Part shown: in pieces, positions 26,037-36,661 of the stretch
How the letters are laid out: each line of letters begins with the position of its first letter
Numbering within the stretch: the stretch's first letter is position 1
IMG/VR virus record: IMGVR_UViG_3300043177_000093
Coordinates: 1 to 63,433 of that record
Reading direction: 5' to 3' (one strand)
From: an uncultured virus (IMG/VR IMGVR_UViG_3300043177_000093)
Lineage: Duplodnaviria > Heunggongvirae > Uroviricota > Caudoviricetes
DNA: 63,433 nucleotides
Position numbers and translations under genes: made by a program
Notes under the pieces: generated by a model
What the model was told of the DNA's origin: nothing
Databases searched by the model: none
What the model saw: the letters and a program-made list of their open reading frames with translations, nothing else

Positions 26037-27011
26037 CTAACCGTTAGTCAAAAATCCCCAAAAGTTGGTAGTCCCAGAAATATAGACAAAACTCATTGCA
26101 CTAGTAATAGAACTGCCAAGAGTGAAAAGAGTGGCTCCAGTATCATGTCGAATGAAAGTGATAGTCCTACCACTACCTCCCTCAACGATGTGATGGTACG
26201 GCCCACCAGTCTCCAACCCCGAAGGATTGGGCATGATCATTGTCGCAGAGCTTGTTCCAGTGAAAATCAAGACTCTACCCATTCCGAAACTGATCTGCCG
26301 GAATTCCCCAGAAGTTGGGTTTATGATGGTAGATCCACCGTAATAGAATCGCTCAGGACTGCTGACATCTCCAATAATCTCAGTCAGAGGAATATCAGGA
26401 ATATCACCAGAATCGAAGTTGTCGATGGACGCTTGAAGAACATCGTCAAGTTCAGCCCCGAACTGAACAGGCACATCAAACTCGCAACCAGCAGTCACAG
26501 AAACTCCGGCTCCTGGAGCTGAGTTCATCGTGATCACACCAGTATTATCATCTAATGTGAAGGATGTTGTTGGTGTTCCATTCAAAGCAACCAAAACTGT
26601 GCCATCAGTAGGTTTGGTGATTGTTCTAGTTACAGTCTGTGCTGCACTGGTGTAGATTTTCTGCAACTGGAACAGAACATTGGTTCCGTTTCCAGTAGAG
26701 GGACTCGTTGGATGATTGGTTGCAGATGGAGCACTGCGATGGTCCGAAGCTGTCGTGTAGTCCATCCAGTCACGAAATCTAAATCCATTTACTGGACCAC
26801 CCCGAGCAAGATAGAAAACCAGAACATCCTGAAGCTGCTTTAGAGTCCTGATGCCGTATCTTGCGTTGTACTTTCTACGCGCACTAGACCAACGAGCAAT
26901 TCTTTCAGAGCTTCCGGAGTCTGCTTCAATGATAGTTGTCCTAAAGCCTGGTCCACCGCGAGTCCCCAGACTGACATCACGGGGGAAAATTGCTTGATTG
27001 TGGAACGCCAT
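26037..27011 (-). other. distal tail protein Dit (DUF2460/TIGR02217-like) with C-terminal extension
   Basis: FP......GGPGF.T.I....SG...R..RW...R, GFRFRDW.D, FQL.K.Y, TAG.EFDVPV.F. Confidence 0.85.
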
Positions 27012-27064
27012 TTTTCAAGCCGCTAAACTGTCATGATAGGAGCAATTCTGGATTCCAACATCAT

Positions 27065-30000
27065 TTACAGCACCCTCCTCGTGCGATCCTTCAAATCAGC
27101 CTCAAATTGCCGTGCCGCCTTTCGGAATCCCTGATCAGGCCGAGTCCCTGGACCGAATTTGAACTCGTTCCGCACGCTGATACTCACAGCCTGACTCGAT
27201 CCACCTCCCTCTGCCTGTACGATGATCGGAGCAGATCGAATCTGGCCTCCCACAACACCTCCAGCCTGGAAGCGCTCAAGTCCCAATGGGAACAATCCAC
27301 CATCCTGGAATTCCAACAGTGGGCTCAGCAGACCTTTCAGGTCCACACCCAACTTGCCTCCAGGACCACGCACAACCGGCAGACCTCCTATTTCCTTCCG
27401 GTTGAAGAAGGCAGAAGCCGCCAATCCATTTCTTGTTCTTTCCAGAGGGACAATGGCCTCGGGACCAGCTTCACCGAACAGAGCCAGAGGAGCAACCGTG
27501 GGACTGCTCACGATTCTATTTGTGAAAACACCACCCTGAGCAAACTTGATTCCAGAAATCAGTTGCTGGAATACTTGACCAAAAATGTTCTCGAAGAAGT
27601 TTCCAAAAAATGAACTGTTTAGATTAGGCCCCTCGATCTCAGGAGCCTCCTGCTTCTTGATCTGAGTGGTCTGAGCAGCTTGAATCTGCTCCTGGCCCGC
27701 CTGGGAGAGTGTCTGGCCGGCTTCTGTGAGCACGAGTCCAGACCGATTCAACTGCACCGAGGCGGCCCTGAGTTGGTTGAGCTGCGCTGGGGTCAGCCCG
27801 GCAGTCTGGAGTCCTCCTGGAGCGCCCTGGAGGGCCTGCTGAAGCTCAGAGAACGGGATGCCCTGGAAGGCCAGTCTGGGCGGGATCTGAGGGCCTTCCG
27901 GCAGAGGTCGCCGCCCCTGGCGTTGTAGAAAATCCTCGTCCAGCTCCAGTTGTGGGGTGGGGAATTTCCTGATGGCCCTGGTCTGGTCTTCGGTGTCGTC
28001 CTGAATCTTCCGGAGTTCGACAGACTGCTGCTCTAGCTGCCTCTTGATTGGGCTTCTGACTTCTGAACGAATCTGCTCTCTGGGGATGGATTCAACGGCG
28101 CTTTCCAACTCACGGATTGAGCGCCGAAGATCAGGAGAAATGACAGGAAGCTCTCTAGGCAGTTCCAGTCGCGGAGGCTGAGTTTCCTCGCGTGTCCTCT
28201 CGAAGATGGGTTCCAACTCACGAGAAAATTCTTTGGCCTGAGCACGAACCCGAGGCAGATCCAAACCAGGGGCCTGCTTAGAGAACTGAACTTCCTTGGC
28301 TAACTGTTCGGCCTGAGCGCGCACAACTGGCAAATTCAGAGATGCTGGAGCAGGAGCAGAAGCCTCGACAGCCCGTGAGATTTCCTTCGAGATAATGGCT
28401 GCCTGATTGCGAATAGCAGGCAAATCGAGATCAGGCTGACGAGTCTCCAGAGGAATATCTGGCAGTCTACGAATGGCATCTTCAATGGCTTCCAACTGAA
28501 GTCCAACCAAAGACAACGATGTAGGAAGTTCTCCGACACTCTCTGGAGCCTGAACGCCAATTCCAAGTTTGGCCTTATTCCCCTCGATGACAGCCAGCTG
28601 CTCTCGCAGTCCTTGGCTGAACGCACTCAGAGCTTCTGAAGACTCTTCAAGGGCCTGCGTCTGTTCCGGAACAAACGGCCCTCCACCCGGAGGGCTGACT
28701 CCAGGAATGACTCCACCAGAAATCGGAGGCAGACGTTGAGCTGTAGCTCCAGCAGCTAGAGCTTGTTGCAGAGCTTGTGCTGCAAGTAGTAGTCTATTGG
28801 CAAAATCAAGTCCAATCAGATTGGCTTTTTCTAGCTGTACAGAAGCGGCTGCCAGAGAATCACCTTCAACCTCCAAACCAAGTAGCCGTTCACGCAATGT
28901 GGCAAAAGCGGCCTCTACTTCAGATGTATCAACAAAATCCTTACCAGCAGTTATTCTTTGGGCACCAGTTGACTTCCCGAAAGCCCTAGCAAGCGCATCC
29001 TCTAGAGGCTTGAATACCGTAGCATCGAGGAAAATCTCACCGATGCGCAGCAGCAAATTCTTTGCTGTCTCCTCTAGATCAGCTCCTCGAATCAGAACAT
29101 CTTTTATGGCTCCTGTAAACGCACCACCAATGTCCCGACCAAGTTGCTCCGCTCTAGCAGATTGATCCAGAGACTGAATGATGGTTTTCAGGGCAGATTC
29201 TTCTTCATCAGTTAGTGTGATACTCAAGCGCCGCTGTCTAGAAAGGACTTCTCGTTCTACATTACTCTTGCCGATGGCTTCTCGCTCAAGCTCCAAGTCC
29301 CGAATTAGTCGCTCTAGAGACGACTGCTGCTCCTTGTTGAGTTTGATCGCTTCTCGTTTTTCATCGTTTAGCTGTTCTAGAGCAGTCTCCTCTTGTAGCT
29401 GAAGTCGAACATTGGCCTCGATTGATTCAGCAAGTCCCTCGTTAGACAATTTCCGGAGTTGCGTGTCCCCAACAAGATTTCGTTCTACCTCGCGCAGTCG
29501 TACTTCGACTTCGGATATTTGTCCTGTAGCAAGTAGGCGCTCATCGAGGGCTTGCTGAAAGGCTTTCTCAGACTGCACAGCCTGACTGAGAAGAGAATCA
29601 CGAGCCTTTGCAGCAGCCTCGCTCCTAGTGTTGGCATCCTCTTCAGCTCGCGTCTGCTCACGCATGATCTCTATGAGCAGTCGGACAGCCTCAGACCGAT
29701 TGACATGCTCCTGAGCTAATCGTTTCTCAGCTTCGGATGCACCAATAAGCCGTCGCTCTAAGTTAGCGAGATTTTTGACTTCTTCTTCTGTGACGACTCC
29801 CGCCTCTTTCTGCTTGGCAATCCTAGCAATCAGCTCAATCTTATCAAGCTCATTAGCTTGTAGACTAGCTGAAAGAGCGTCTGCAAGTAGACGTTCGGCT
29901 TCAATACGTCTTTCTGTGAAAGCCCGGTCTGCTTCCTTTATACCAAATAGCTGCTGATTGGTGGATATCTCATCTTCAAGGGATTGAACAAGTTCGTTGA

Positions 30001-32758
30001 TGGCCTCCTTATTATCAGCTATTTTCTCAATCAATTCAGATCGAAGTTGGATCTGTTCAGGCGTGAGACCTGGAACGGTGTTTATCGCTTCTAACTTCTT
30101 CTTGAATTCCTCAGCCTCTTCAGTGCTCAGCTGGAACTGCTCTTGTATGAAGGGCAGCACATCAGAAATGTTGACTTGCAGCAATCGGCTAGAATCAACA
30201 AACTCTGCAACCAACCCTGATACAGCCTCTCTTAGCTGAGCAGTTTGAGTATCATCTAACTGAAGGTTTCCTGCGAGAGCCTCCCTGATTGGCGGGTTTG
30301 AAATACCCGCTTGCAATTCTGATCTAGTGTCTCTAATCAGCTTGTTTATCTGGACTTGGATCCTTCTTGCATCTTCATCAGTGACTTGAATAAGTCCTCC
30401 AGTAAAAATGTCCTCAAAACGCTCGGTGCCCGGCTGTCCCAACGTAGCAAGCAAAGCTCCCAACTTTGAGAAAGCTGTTCCAGATGATTCAACTCCTGCT
30501 ACTACAGCTTCTGAGAGGGTCTTAGTAATTGAGTCCTTGAGGACGTTCTTCTGGCGTTCTGTAACCAGCTCCTCAAATAGAGGAGTCTGGCCAATGTCTT
30601 TGAGCAGCTTTTGTACGTCTTCTAGCGGCTTGACTGCTTCTTGTGGGTTTTTTATGAGTTCGAGCTTCAACTCATCAATAATCGTCTCTATAGTCAGCAA
30701 GCGAGCCTGCATCAATTCCAAAGCCGCGTCGGACTCTCCCTCGTCAATCTTCAGTTCGATTTTTGCATCAAAATCCCTAATCTGCTTTATAAATTGCTCA
30801 AATTGCTGTCTGGTGCCAGGGTCTCCGAATTTGGCAATTTCCTCAGCAGCGCTAGTTATTTCAGGAGTAAAAGCCTTTACGGCAAGAGTGGCGGCAGCAA
30901 TTCCCCCAGCAATTAGAAGAATCGGGTGCCCAACAAGCAATGCCCTAGTTGCAGCAAGAGTTGCATTGAATCCAGTTAGCCCAACTGTGGCCAGTTTGAC
31001 TTCAGCACCGATTGCAATGATAGCTGTGCTTATGAGGACAAGTGCGCCTGCTGTTGTTACAGCCTTAGATCCAAGAAACTCAAGAACTTTAGCGAATGCA
31101 ACAGCTGAATCATTAGACTTGGCTAGATCGTCATCTACATCTGCCAGCACCTTCAGCGTGTCAGTGAAAAACTCCGTCGTGGTTCTAAGGGCACCCTGAA
31201 AGCCAGTTAGATTCAGAATATTATCCTGAAGAATGGCCCTAAAGCGCTTGAACGCACCAAGCAATGTGTCGTCTTGCAGACGAGCTAAGCGCAGAGTTTC
31301 TCCACGAGCCTTTTCGAGAGCTTGTTGAAAATCGTTTAGTGGACCAAGATTATCTTGGAGAATTAGGAAGGTTGCCGCGTTCCTTCTGTTGAAGATATCT
31401 ACAGCATCAGCGGTGGAGACAAAAGTAGATGAGAAGGATGTTAGAATAGATTCTAGACTGCTGACTGAGGGATCAAGCTCATCCAGACTCAGCCCAAGAT
31501 CACGGATGCGCTCCTTGGCCACATCTGTTGGATCAGCCAATGCTGTCAGCACTCCACGCAACGTGGTGCCAGCCAGACTGCCTTTGATTCCAGAATTAGC
31601 AAGTACGCCAAGAGCAGCAGAGATTTCCTCAAGATCACGGCCTAGAGCAGCAGCAACTGGTCCAACAAACTTGAACGACTCTGCTAGGTTCTGGACATCG
31701 GTAGCCGAGAGGTTGGCTGTTTCTGACAATACATCTACCACTCTGGAAGCATTCAGAGTGTCGATCCCGAATTGCCGCAGAACCGAGGTGACAGTCTCAG
31801 CAGCAGCACTAACCTCAATCAACTGACCTTGAGCCAGAGCCAATACTGAAGGCAGGACTTCTATGGACTCCTCAACACTAATGCCAGCCTTGGCCAGCAC
31901 CAGAAGGCCCTCTGAAGCCTCGACCGCAGTAAATCTGGTTGTCTGACCGATGTTTCTTGCAGCCTGCTCTAGTTTATTGAATTGGTCCTCCTGGGTCTTC
32001 AGTGAGGCTGTGGCATCAATGGCAACACCACGGAGAGAAGCCAGGTTCTGTTCAAACTTTCCAAGCGTGTCAATCAGAGCCCGGTTGGCAACCCGTGTAG
32101 CGATAAATCCGGCTGCCAGCAACGAGCCCAAAATACGAAACTTCGTGACGCTGGCATTGACATTATTGATTGCTTGGCTTAGATCATTTGTGCCCTTGAC
32201 TGCCGTGCGGGTGCTTGCAGACAAGTCCGTGGTCAGCCTTCCAAGACCAATGTTCCCAGTGCGAGTGCGATTCAAAGCAGCCAGATTTACAACCAACGCT
32301 CCCAGATTATTGTTGAGCGCAGTTAGTGCTGGATTAGCAGCTGCTGCTTGCTGTGCCAAACCAGTAATAGCAGGTCCAATGGCCTGTAAGCCCTTTACCT
32401 TACCCTCGATATTGGTAAGGCCAAGGCCGGTCAGATTCAGGCGCAACTGCCCGATACCAGCAACTGCTGTATTCAGAGCAGTCAATCCTGCTGTCAGTGC
32501 TGCTAGTGGGGCGGTCGCCCTGGAAGCCGCAGGACCCAAGGCAGCAGCTGCTGTGGCTAGGGCATCGATCTTTCCAGCATTCAGCTGAAGGCGAGACAAT
32601 GCAGCTAGTGTACGTTGCATCGGAGCCAGAGCTGACTGAAGACTCCGTGCGGTGCTATCCAGATGCTTTGCTGATGCTTCTAGATCAGCAAGATTCTGCG
32701 CTGCTACCTTGGCATCAGCGCTTTGGATTCTTATTTCCAGTTGTGCTAGGTCTGCCAA
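27065..32758 (-). CDS. tape measure protein (1897 aa)
   Basis: TP901-type core (T.FTA.E.S.G...LA.AG, GIKGS.AGT.LR), long helical region, C-terminal FA.GG and GEAGPEAIVPL. Confidence 0.92.
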   Translation of the reverse strand: MADLAQLEIRIQSADAKVAAQNLADLEASAKHLDSTARSLQSALAPMQRTLAALSRLQLNAGKIDALATAAAALGPAASRATAPLAALTAGLTALNTAVAGIGQLRLNLTGLGLTNIEGKVKGLQAIGPAITGLAQQAAAANPALTALNNNLGALVVNLAALNRTRTGNIGLGRLTTDLSASTRTAVKGTNDLSQAINNVNASVTKFRILGSLLAAGFIATRVANRALIDTLGKFEQNLASLRGVAIDATASLKTQEDQFNKLEQAARNIGQTTRFTAVEASEGLLVLAKAGISVEESIEVLPSVLALAQGQLIEVSAAAETVTSVLRQFGIDTLNASRVVDVLSETANLSATDVQNLAESFKFVGPVAAALGRDLEEISAALGVLANSGIKGSLAGTTLRGVLTALADPTDVAKERIRDLGLSLDELDPSVSSLESILTSFSSTFVSTADAVDIFNRRNAATFLILQDNLGPLNDFQQALEKARGETLRLARLQDDTLLGAFKRFRAILQDNILNLTGFQGALRTTTEFFTDTLKVLADVDDDLAKSNDSAVAFAKVLEFLGSKAVTTAGALVLISTAIIAIGAEVKLATVGLTGFNATLAATRALLVGHPILLIAGGIAAATLAVKAFTPEITSAAEEIAKFGDPGTRQQFEQFIKQIRDFDAKIELKIDEGESDAALELMQARLLTIETIIDELKLELIKNPQEAVKPLEDVQKLLKDIGQTPLFEELVTERQKNVLKDSITKTLSEAVVAGVESSGTAFSKLGALLATLGQPGTERFEDIFTGGLIQVTDEDARRIQVQINKLIRDTRSELQAGISNPPIREALAGNLQLDDTQTAQLREAVSGLVAEFVDSSRLLQVNISDVLPFIQEQFQLSTEEAEEFKKKLEAINTVPGLTPEQIQLRSELIEKIADNKEAINELVQSLEDEISTNQQLFGIKEADRAFTERRIEAERLLADALSASLQANELDKIELIARIAKQKEAGVVTEEEVKNLANLERRLIGASEAEKRLAQEHVNRSEAVRLLIEIMREQTRAEEDANTRSEAAAKARDSLLSQAVQSEKAFQQALDERLLATGQISEVEVRLREVERNLVGDTQLRKLSNEGLAESIEANVRLQLQEETALEQLNDEKREAIKLNKEQQSSLERLIRDLELEREAIGKSNVEREVLSRQRRLSITLTDEEESALKTIIQSLDQSARAEQLGRDIGGAFTGAIKDVLIRGADLEETAKNLLLRIGEIFLDATVFKPLEDALARAFGKSTGAQRITAGKDFVDTSEVEAAFATLRERLLGLEVEGDSLAAASVQLEKANLIGLDFANRLLLAAQALQQALAAGATAQRLPPISGGVIPGVSPPGGGPFVPEQTQALEESSEALSAFSQGLREQLAVIEGNKAKLGIGVQAPESVGELPTSLSLVGLQLEAIEDAIRRLPDIPLETRQPDLDLPAIRNQAAIISKEISRAVEASAPAPASLNLPVVRAQAEQLAKEVQFSKQAPGLDLPRVRAQAKEFSRELEPIFERTREETQPPRLELPRELPVISPDLRRSIRELESAVESIPREQIRSEVRSPIKRQLEQQSVELRKIQDDTEDQTRAIRKFPTPQLELDEDFLQRQGRRPLPEGPQIPPRLAFQGIPFSELQQALQGAPGGLQTAGLTPAQLNQLRAASVQLNRSGLVLTEAGQTLSQAGQEQIQAAQTTQIKKQEAPEIEGPNLNSSFFGNFFENIFGQVFQQLISGIKFAQGGVFTNRIVSSPTVAPLALFGEAGPEAIVPLERTRNGLAASAFFNRKEIGGLPVVRGPGGKLGVDLKGLLSPLLEFQDGGLFPLGLERFQAGGVVGGQIRSAPIIVQAEGGGSSQAVSISVRNEFKFGPGTRPDQGFRKAARQFEADLKDRTRRVL

Positions 32759-33121
32759 GGATCTTCAACCACAAATGATCTAGCCTGATAATGGTGTCGA
32801 TCTCCCACGGTGAGAGAACGACTCGCTTCAGTTGTGACCAGTTATAGATGTTGGAAAGTGTGATTGACTCTGCTCCAGTTTGTCCAACACCTCTAGAATT
32901 GGACAGCTCCACAAAAACTGCCCAAAGATATTCCAGATCCTCCGGCATCTCCTTGTCATGCCGCTGGCGGATGTAGAAATCCTCATCCAGCCCCTGTCGG
33001 ATTGCAGCATGACGTAGGTGGTCCGCAATGGAATCTTGGGACCCGGGAGATGATGGGCGGGCTAGCTCGAATGCTCCTTCAGCATAGGCGAGGAGTGATT
33101 CGATGGCTCCCCCAAGAAATT
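32715..33121 (-). CDS. tail assembly chaperone GT portion (-1 frame)
   Basis: -1 frame open from ~33119: AIESLLAYAEGAFEL...DHL...PEDLEYLW..F.ELS..R...I..W......L.PWEI..I..LD. Confidence 0.7.
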
Positions 33122-33520
33122 AGCCCGCTCCTGCACGAAGTCAGAGACTTGATCCCGAATCCAGGGAAAGCGGACGTAGAGGGCGCGGACATTGGCCTCG
33201 TTGAAAACCAATTCCTTACCATCTACCATTATATGCTTCCAACCCTTCGTACAGTGGATCAGAAGCTCCAGGGCATCCGCATCCAGCTCCTCGGCGGTCA
33301 TCTTCACGATACCACCACGAGACAGGCGCTTGTTCAGGCGCTTCGTCTGCGCCTTGTGGGTGAGAGCCTGATATTCCTTGGAATCAGCACCGATCAGCCT
33401 GATAGTGACAGCCTCACCAGTTTTTTCGTCAGTTAGAACCGCTCCACTGATAGGGTGAGCCAGCTCCAGATCAGCGCCTTCATCACATGCAGCAACAGTA
33501 TCAAGTTTTGAGAGATCCAT
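33062..33520 (-). CDS. tail assembly chaperone G
   Basis: MDLS.LD......GA.L.L.HP..G...I...G.DS...W...PWI.DQV..F...RANF; lies between tube and tape measure genes. Confidence 0.8.
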   Translation of the reverse strand: MDLSKLDTVAACDEGADLELAHPISGAVLTDEKTGEAVTIRLIGADSKEYQALTHKAQTKRLNKRLSRGGIVKMTAEELDADALELLIHCTKGWKHIMVDGKELVFNEANVRALYVRFPWIRDQVSDFVQERANFLGEPSNHSSPMLKEHSS

Positions 33521-33529
33521 TTTTATGTT

Positions 33530-34783
33530 TTAGACGGAGCGTTGAATCTGCATCACTTCTTTGTAGGAAGATGTTCCATTATAGGTGTCTTCCAATGCCT
33601 CAAAGCCGTAGGGAGCGATCACTGCACCGTTAGCCGGAGGATCAATGTCAGCAGATGTGTACTTCACCTTGAAGAAGGTGAAGGCTAGGAACTGAGAGGT
33701 TCCTAGCTCTTTGAAACGAACCTGTAACATATTCTGCACAGTTTCGTTTTGGAAGTTAGTAACGTGGGTTGTGTTTTGGTGCAGCAAAGAAAGTGTGCCA
33801 GTAATCTTGGCTACACCTTCGTAAACATCCTCAGAAGTAGTCTTCCCAATCTGGGGCAACAAACTCCTTTGGTTGTCAATTGTGAAGTCTATTGCTGAAG
33901 CGGCTACAGGAGCGTCAGTATTGAATTGCGTGTAGACCTCAGCATCCACTGAGGCAAATGGTGGATTAGTAGGTGCAGCCGTGTATGGTGTAGATCCTCC
34001 AGTAGTATCAATTGTGGCTGAGTTGTTAATATCTCCGGTCATTCCAAGAATATTGAAAGTAGCCTGCACCAATCCCTCTGGTCTAGCGGATATATTCAAG
34101 GAATTTATTGTGCAGCCACGGAAGATTTGGTACAAGTCGTCACCAGCAGCATTCAGATCCAAAATCTGCCGCTCTAGTGAGAACGTCTTCAGTCTTGATC
34201 CGTTTAGACCATAAATCAAAGCTTTGCTTCCAATATAAGTAACAGTCTCACCACCATCGCCAGATTCGTTGACCAGTGAAGTTGATTGTGCAATGGTCAA
34301 GTTTGTGGCTGTAACGGTTTTTACTCTGAACGTGCCGTTGTTGACAGAACTCGGAAAACCGGCAGTCGTAAACCAATCACCACGTCTCCAACCATGATCA
34401 ATCCAGTTCCCAGAAAGTCTGGTGAAGGTGTTGTTTCCCGTTACTGAGAGTGTGTGCGCCGCTTGAGTTGCTTGGACTGGAGTGTCCCAGGTCGGATCGT
34501 TGCCAGCGCTAGATCCTCCCAGTGTCCAGAGCAGGAAATCGTTGTATGTTGTCATTCCAAGCTCAACCGTGATTTCTCCTTCAACACGGCTGAACCCATG
34601 ACGAACATCAGAACGAAGTCGGGTAGCAGAGACCTCAGCAGACTCGATTGCGTCCTTTTTTAGATTGATATTACGACCGATAGCTCGAACAACAGTGAAG
34701 TTCGGGCTGGCCGGAGTTGTGCCGTGGGAAAGAGTGCTTTCCCCAATGTAAGCAATCGTAACATTAGTCCCGCTAGTCGGCAT
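33530..34783 (-). CDS. tail tube protein, paralog 2
   Basis: G.TP..P, IESAE....R, G...VEG.I..EL, SLERQ..D, F.GC.I, A.ITG.L. Confidence 0.8.
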   Translation of the reverse strand: MPTSGTNVTIAYIGESTLSHGTTPASPNFTVVRAIGRNINLKKDAIESAEVSATRLRSDVRHGFSRVEGEITVELGMTTYNDFLLWTLGGSSAGNDPTWDTPVQATQAAHTLSVTGNNTFTRLSGNWIDHGWRRGDWFTTAGFPSSVNNGTFRVKTVTATNLTIAQSTSLVNESGDGGETVTYIGSKALIYGLNGSRLKTFSLERQILDLNAAGDDLYQIFRGCTINSLNISARPEGLVQATFNILGMTGDINNSATIDTTGGSTPYTAAPTNPPFASVDAEVYTQFNTDAPVAASAIDFTIDNQRSLLPQIGKTTSEDVYEGVAKITGTLSLLHQNTTHVTNFQNETVQNMLQVRFKELGTSQFLAFTFFKVKYTSADIDPPANGAVIAPYGFEALEDTYNGTSSYKEVMQIQRSV

Positions 34784-34798
34784 AAGTGAACTCCGATA

Positions 34799-36121
34799 TC
34801 AAGTCGAGCGCTGAATTCTGAAGACTTCCTTACTTTCGACCGCAGCATCGAAGCCATTGTAAGTCTGCTCTAAGGCTTCAAATGTGCAAGTGATGATGAC
34901 TGGACCATTTTGCGGCGGATCGATGTCAGCAGAAGTGTATTTTACACGATCAAATGCAAATGACAAGAATTCTGCTGTGCCAAGCTCATTCAGTCGAACA
35001 ACAACTGAATTTAGTGTGGACTCATCTTGGAACGCTGTGAGATGATCTCTGTTTTCAAGAAGAAGTGAAATGGTTCCGGTGACTTTAGCTACTCCCTCAT
35101 ACACATCCTGGCTGAATTTGGAGCCTACTACAGGAAATAGTGTGCGTTGGTTGTCTAGAGTGAAATCAATGCTAGTGACGGTGGCTTGGATATGTGTCCC
35201 GTCATTTTTCACAAACAACGCTGAGCCATCGAATGCAGCAAGAGGAGAGTTTGTAGCTGCTGCGGTAGGAGTTCCAGCTGACGTAGTAGCATTATCAATG
35301 TCAGCATTCATACCAATGAATCCCATAGTTCCACCCACAATCGCATCTGGGCGAACAGTGAAACTCATTGTGCTGATTGCGCAACCTGAAAAAACTTGAA
35401 AATTCGGAACGTCAGTAAATGCTCGCTCTATTGATATTGTATTCAGCGTTGTCCCAATAGAAACCTTATGCCCATCGAAATCAATTGTATTTCCAGCAGC
35501 TCCGCTCGCCGTAGCTTGACCAGAAGCTGTGGTTGGAATTTGGCAAGTCAGATTTGCACCAGTGACTGTCATAACTCGCCACTGAGAAGGCGCATTTGCA
35601 GTCCCCGAGTTGTTATTTGCAAGACTCCACCCAGATGACACAACCCAATCCCCCGGCCGATAACCAAGATCAATCCAGTTTGTGTTAGCAGCGTTATTTA
35701 TTAGCGTGAATACGATCGTTCCAGGGGTGCTGCCGGAAGGTGGAGTGACAGAAGAAATAGAGAGGTTGGTCCCTGAAACCTGAGCGGGCATCAGCCATCC
35801 GTTATAGCCAGATCCACCAACAGCCGTGTTGTTGGCAGGCTCAATGTTTGTGTTGGCACGACCCATTGCATAAGCCAAAAGCTCATCATAGGTCGTAACA
35901 GACAACTCAAAGCCAATCTCCCCCTCAACCCTGTTGAACCCATGTCGGACATCAGAACGCTGACGAGTAGAATTGATCTCAGCAGATTCCAGAAGGTCCT
36001 TTTTCAGGTTGATGTTCCGGCTTGTGGCTCTCAGAAAAGCCCAGTTACCAGACGGAGCTGTGCCTCTAGTTGTCTCGACCTTGTATCGGAGGCTGACGTT
36101 CGTTCCTACACCAATAGCCAT
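34799..36121 (-). CDS. tail tube protein, paralog 1
   Basis: shares RNINLKKD..ESAE, SDVRHGF.RVEGEI, DVYEGVAK.TGT and VKYTSADIDPP with 33530-34783. Confidence 0.8.
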   Translation of the reverse strand: MAIGVGTNVSLRYKVETTRGTAPSGNWAFLRATSRNINLKKDLLESAEINSTRQRSDVRHGFNRVEGEIGFELSVTTYDELLAYAMGRANTNIEPANNTAVGGSGYNGWLMPAQVSGTNLSISSVTPPSGSTPGTIVFTLINNAANTNWIDLGYRPGDWVVSSGWSLANNNSGTANAPSQWRVMTVTGANLTCQIPTTASGQATASGAAGNTIDFDGHKVSIGTTLNTISIERAFTDVPNFQVFSGCAISTMSFTVRPDAIVGGTMGFIGMNADIDNATTSAGTPTAAATNSPLAAFDGSALFVKNDGTHIQATVTSIDFTLDNQRTLFPVVGSKFSQDVYEGVAKVTGTISLLLENRDHLTAFQDESTLNSVVVRLNELGTAEFLSFAFDRVKYTSADIDPPQNGPVIITCTFEALEQTYNGFDAAVESKEVFRIQRST

Positions 36122-36127
36122 GTTCTA

Positions 36128-36601
36128 TCAGCTCACTTTAGCAACAAAGGGAAAAGCAGCGGGGGCGTAAGCCCTCCAGAAAATAGACACAACTCCCATC
36201 CACCAGTGATCATCGAACTGTGTGTTTACCGAACGCTCAATGCGCTCGATCCCCACTGCAATCCCTTGGGTATTCAGGGAGTAATACTTCTCAAAAGCCT
36301 CTGATATTTTCTGTGTTAGCTCTTCAATCTTCTCTGTTCCCTTTCCAACAGGATAGAAAACAGCAAAATTGGTCTTGCCGAGGATCTGCCACAGCTCCAA
36401 CGCCGCAGGGTTCTCCAGAATGATCTGGAGAGTTTCCTGGATCCAGTAATCGTCCGTGGGGGGTGTAAAAGCCCGATTCTCCCACGCAACCCGCGCAGGG
36501 TCTAAGGCTTCGCTCAATCCGTCCAGGAAACACTCCCGAATCGTCTGACGAATCTTTCTAAGATCCGGCTTTCCCAAAACAGAAAATATAAGGCCGAGCA
36601 A
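36128..36601 (-). CDS. tail terminator-like protein
   Basis: VAWEN..FTPP....W, VFYP.GKG; position before the tube genes. Confidence 0.65.
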   Translation of the reverse strand: MLGLIFSVLGKPDLRKIRQTIRECFLDGLSEALDPARVAWENRAFTPPTDDYWIQETLQIILENPAALELWQILGKTNFAVFYPVGKGTEKIEELTQKISEAFEKYYSLNTQGIAVGIERIERSVNTQFDDHWWMGVVSIFWRAYAPAAFPFVAKVS

Positions 36602-36661
36602 ACTGAAGCGCCTCAGGCTCGGCCAGCAACGCTTCGAGAGCCCATCTAGTTATACGGATAA

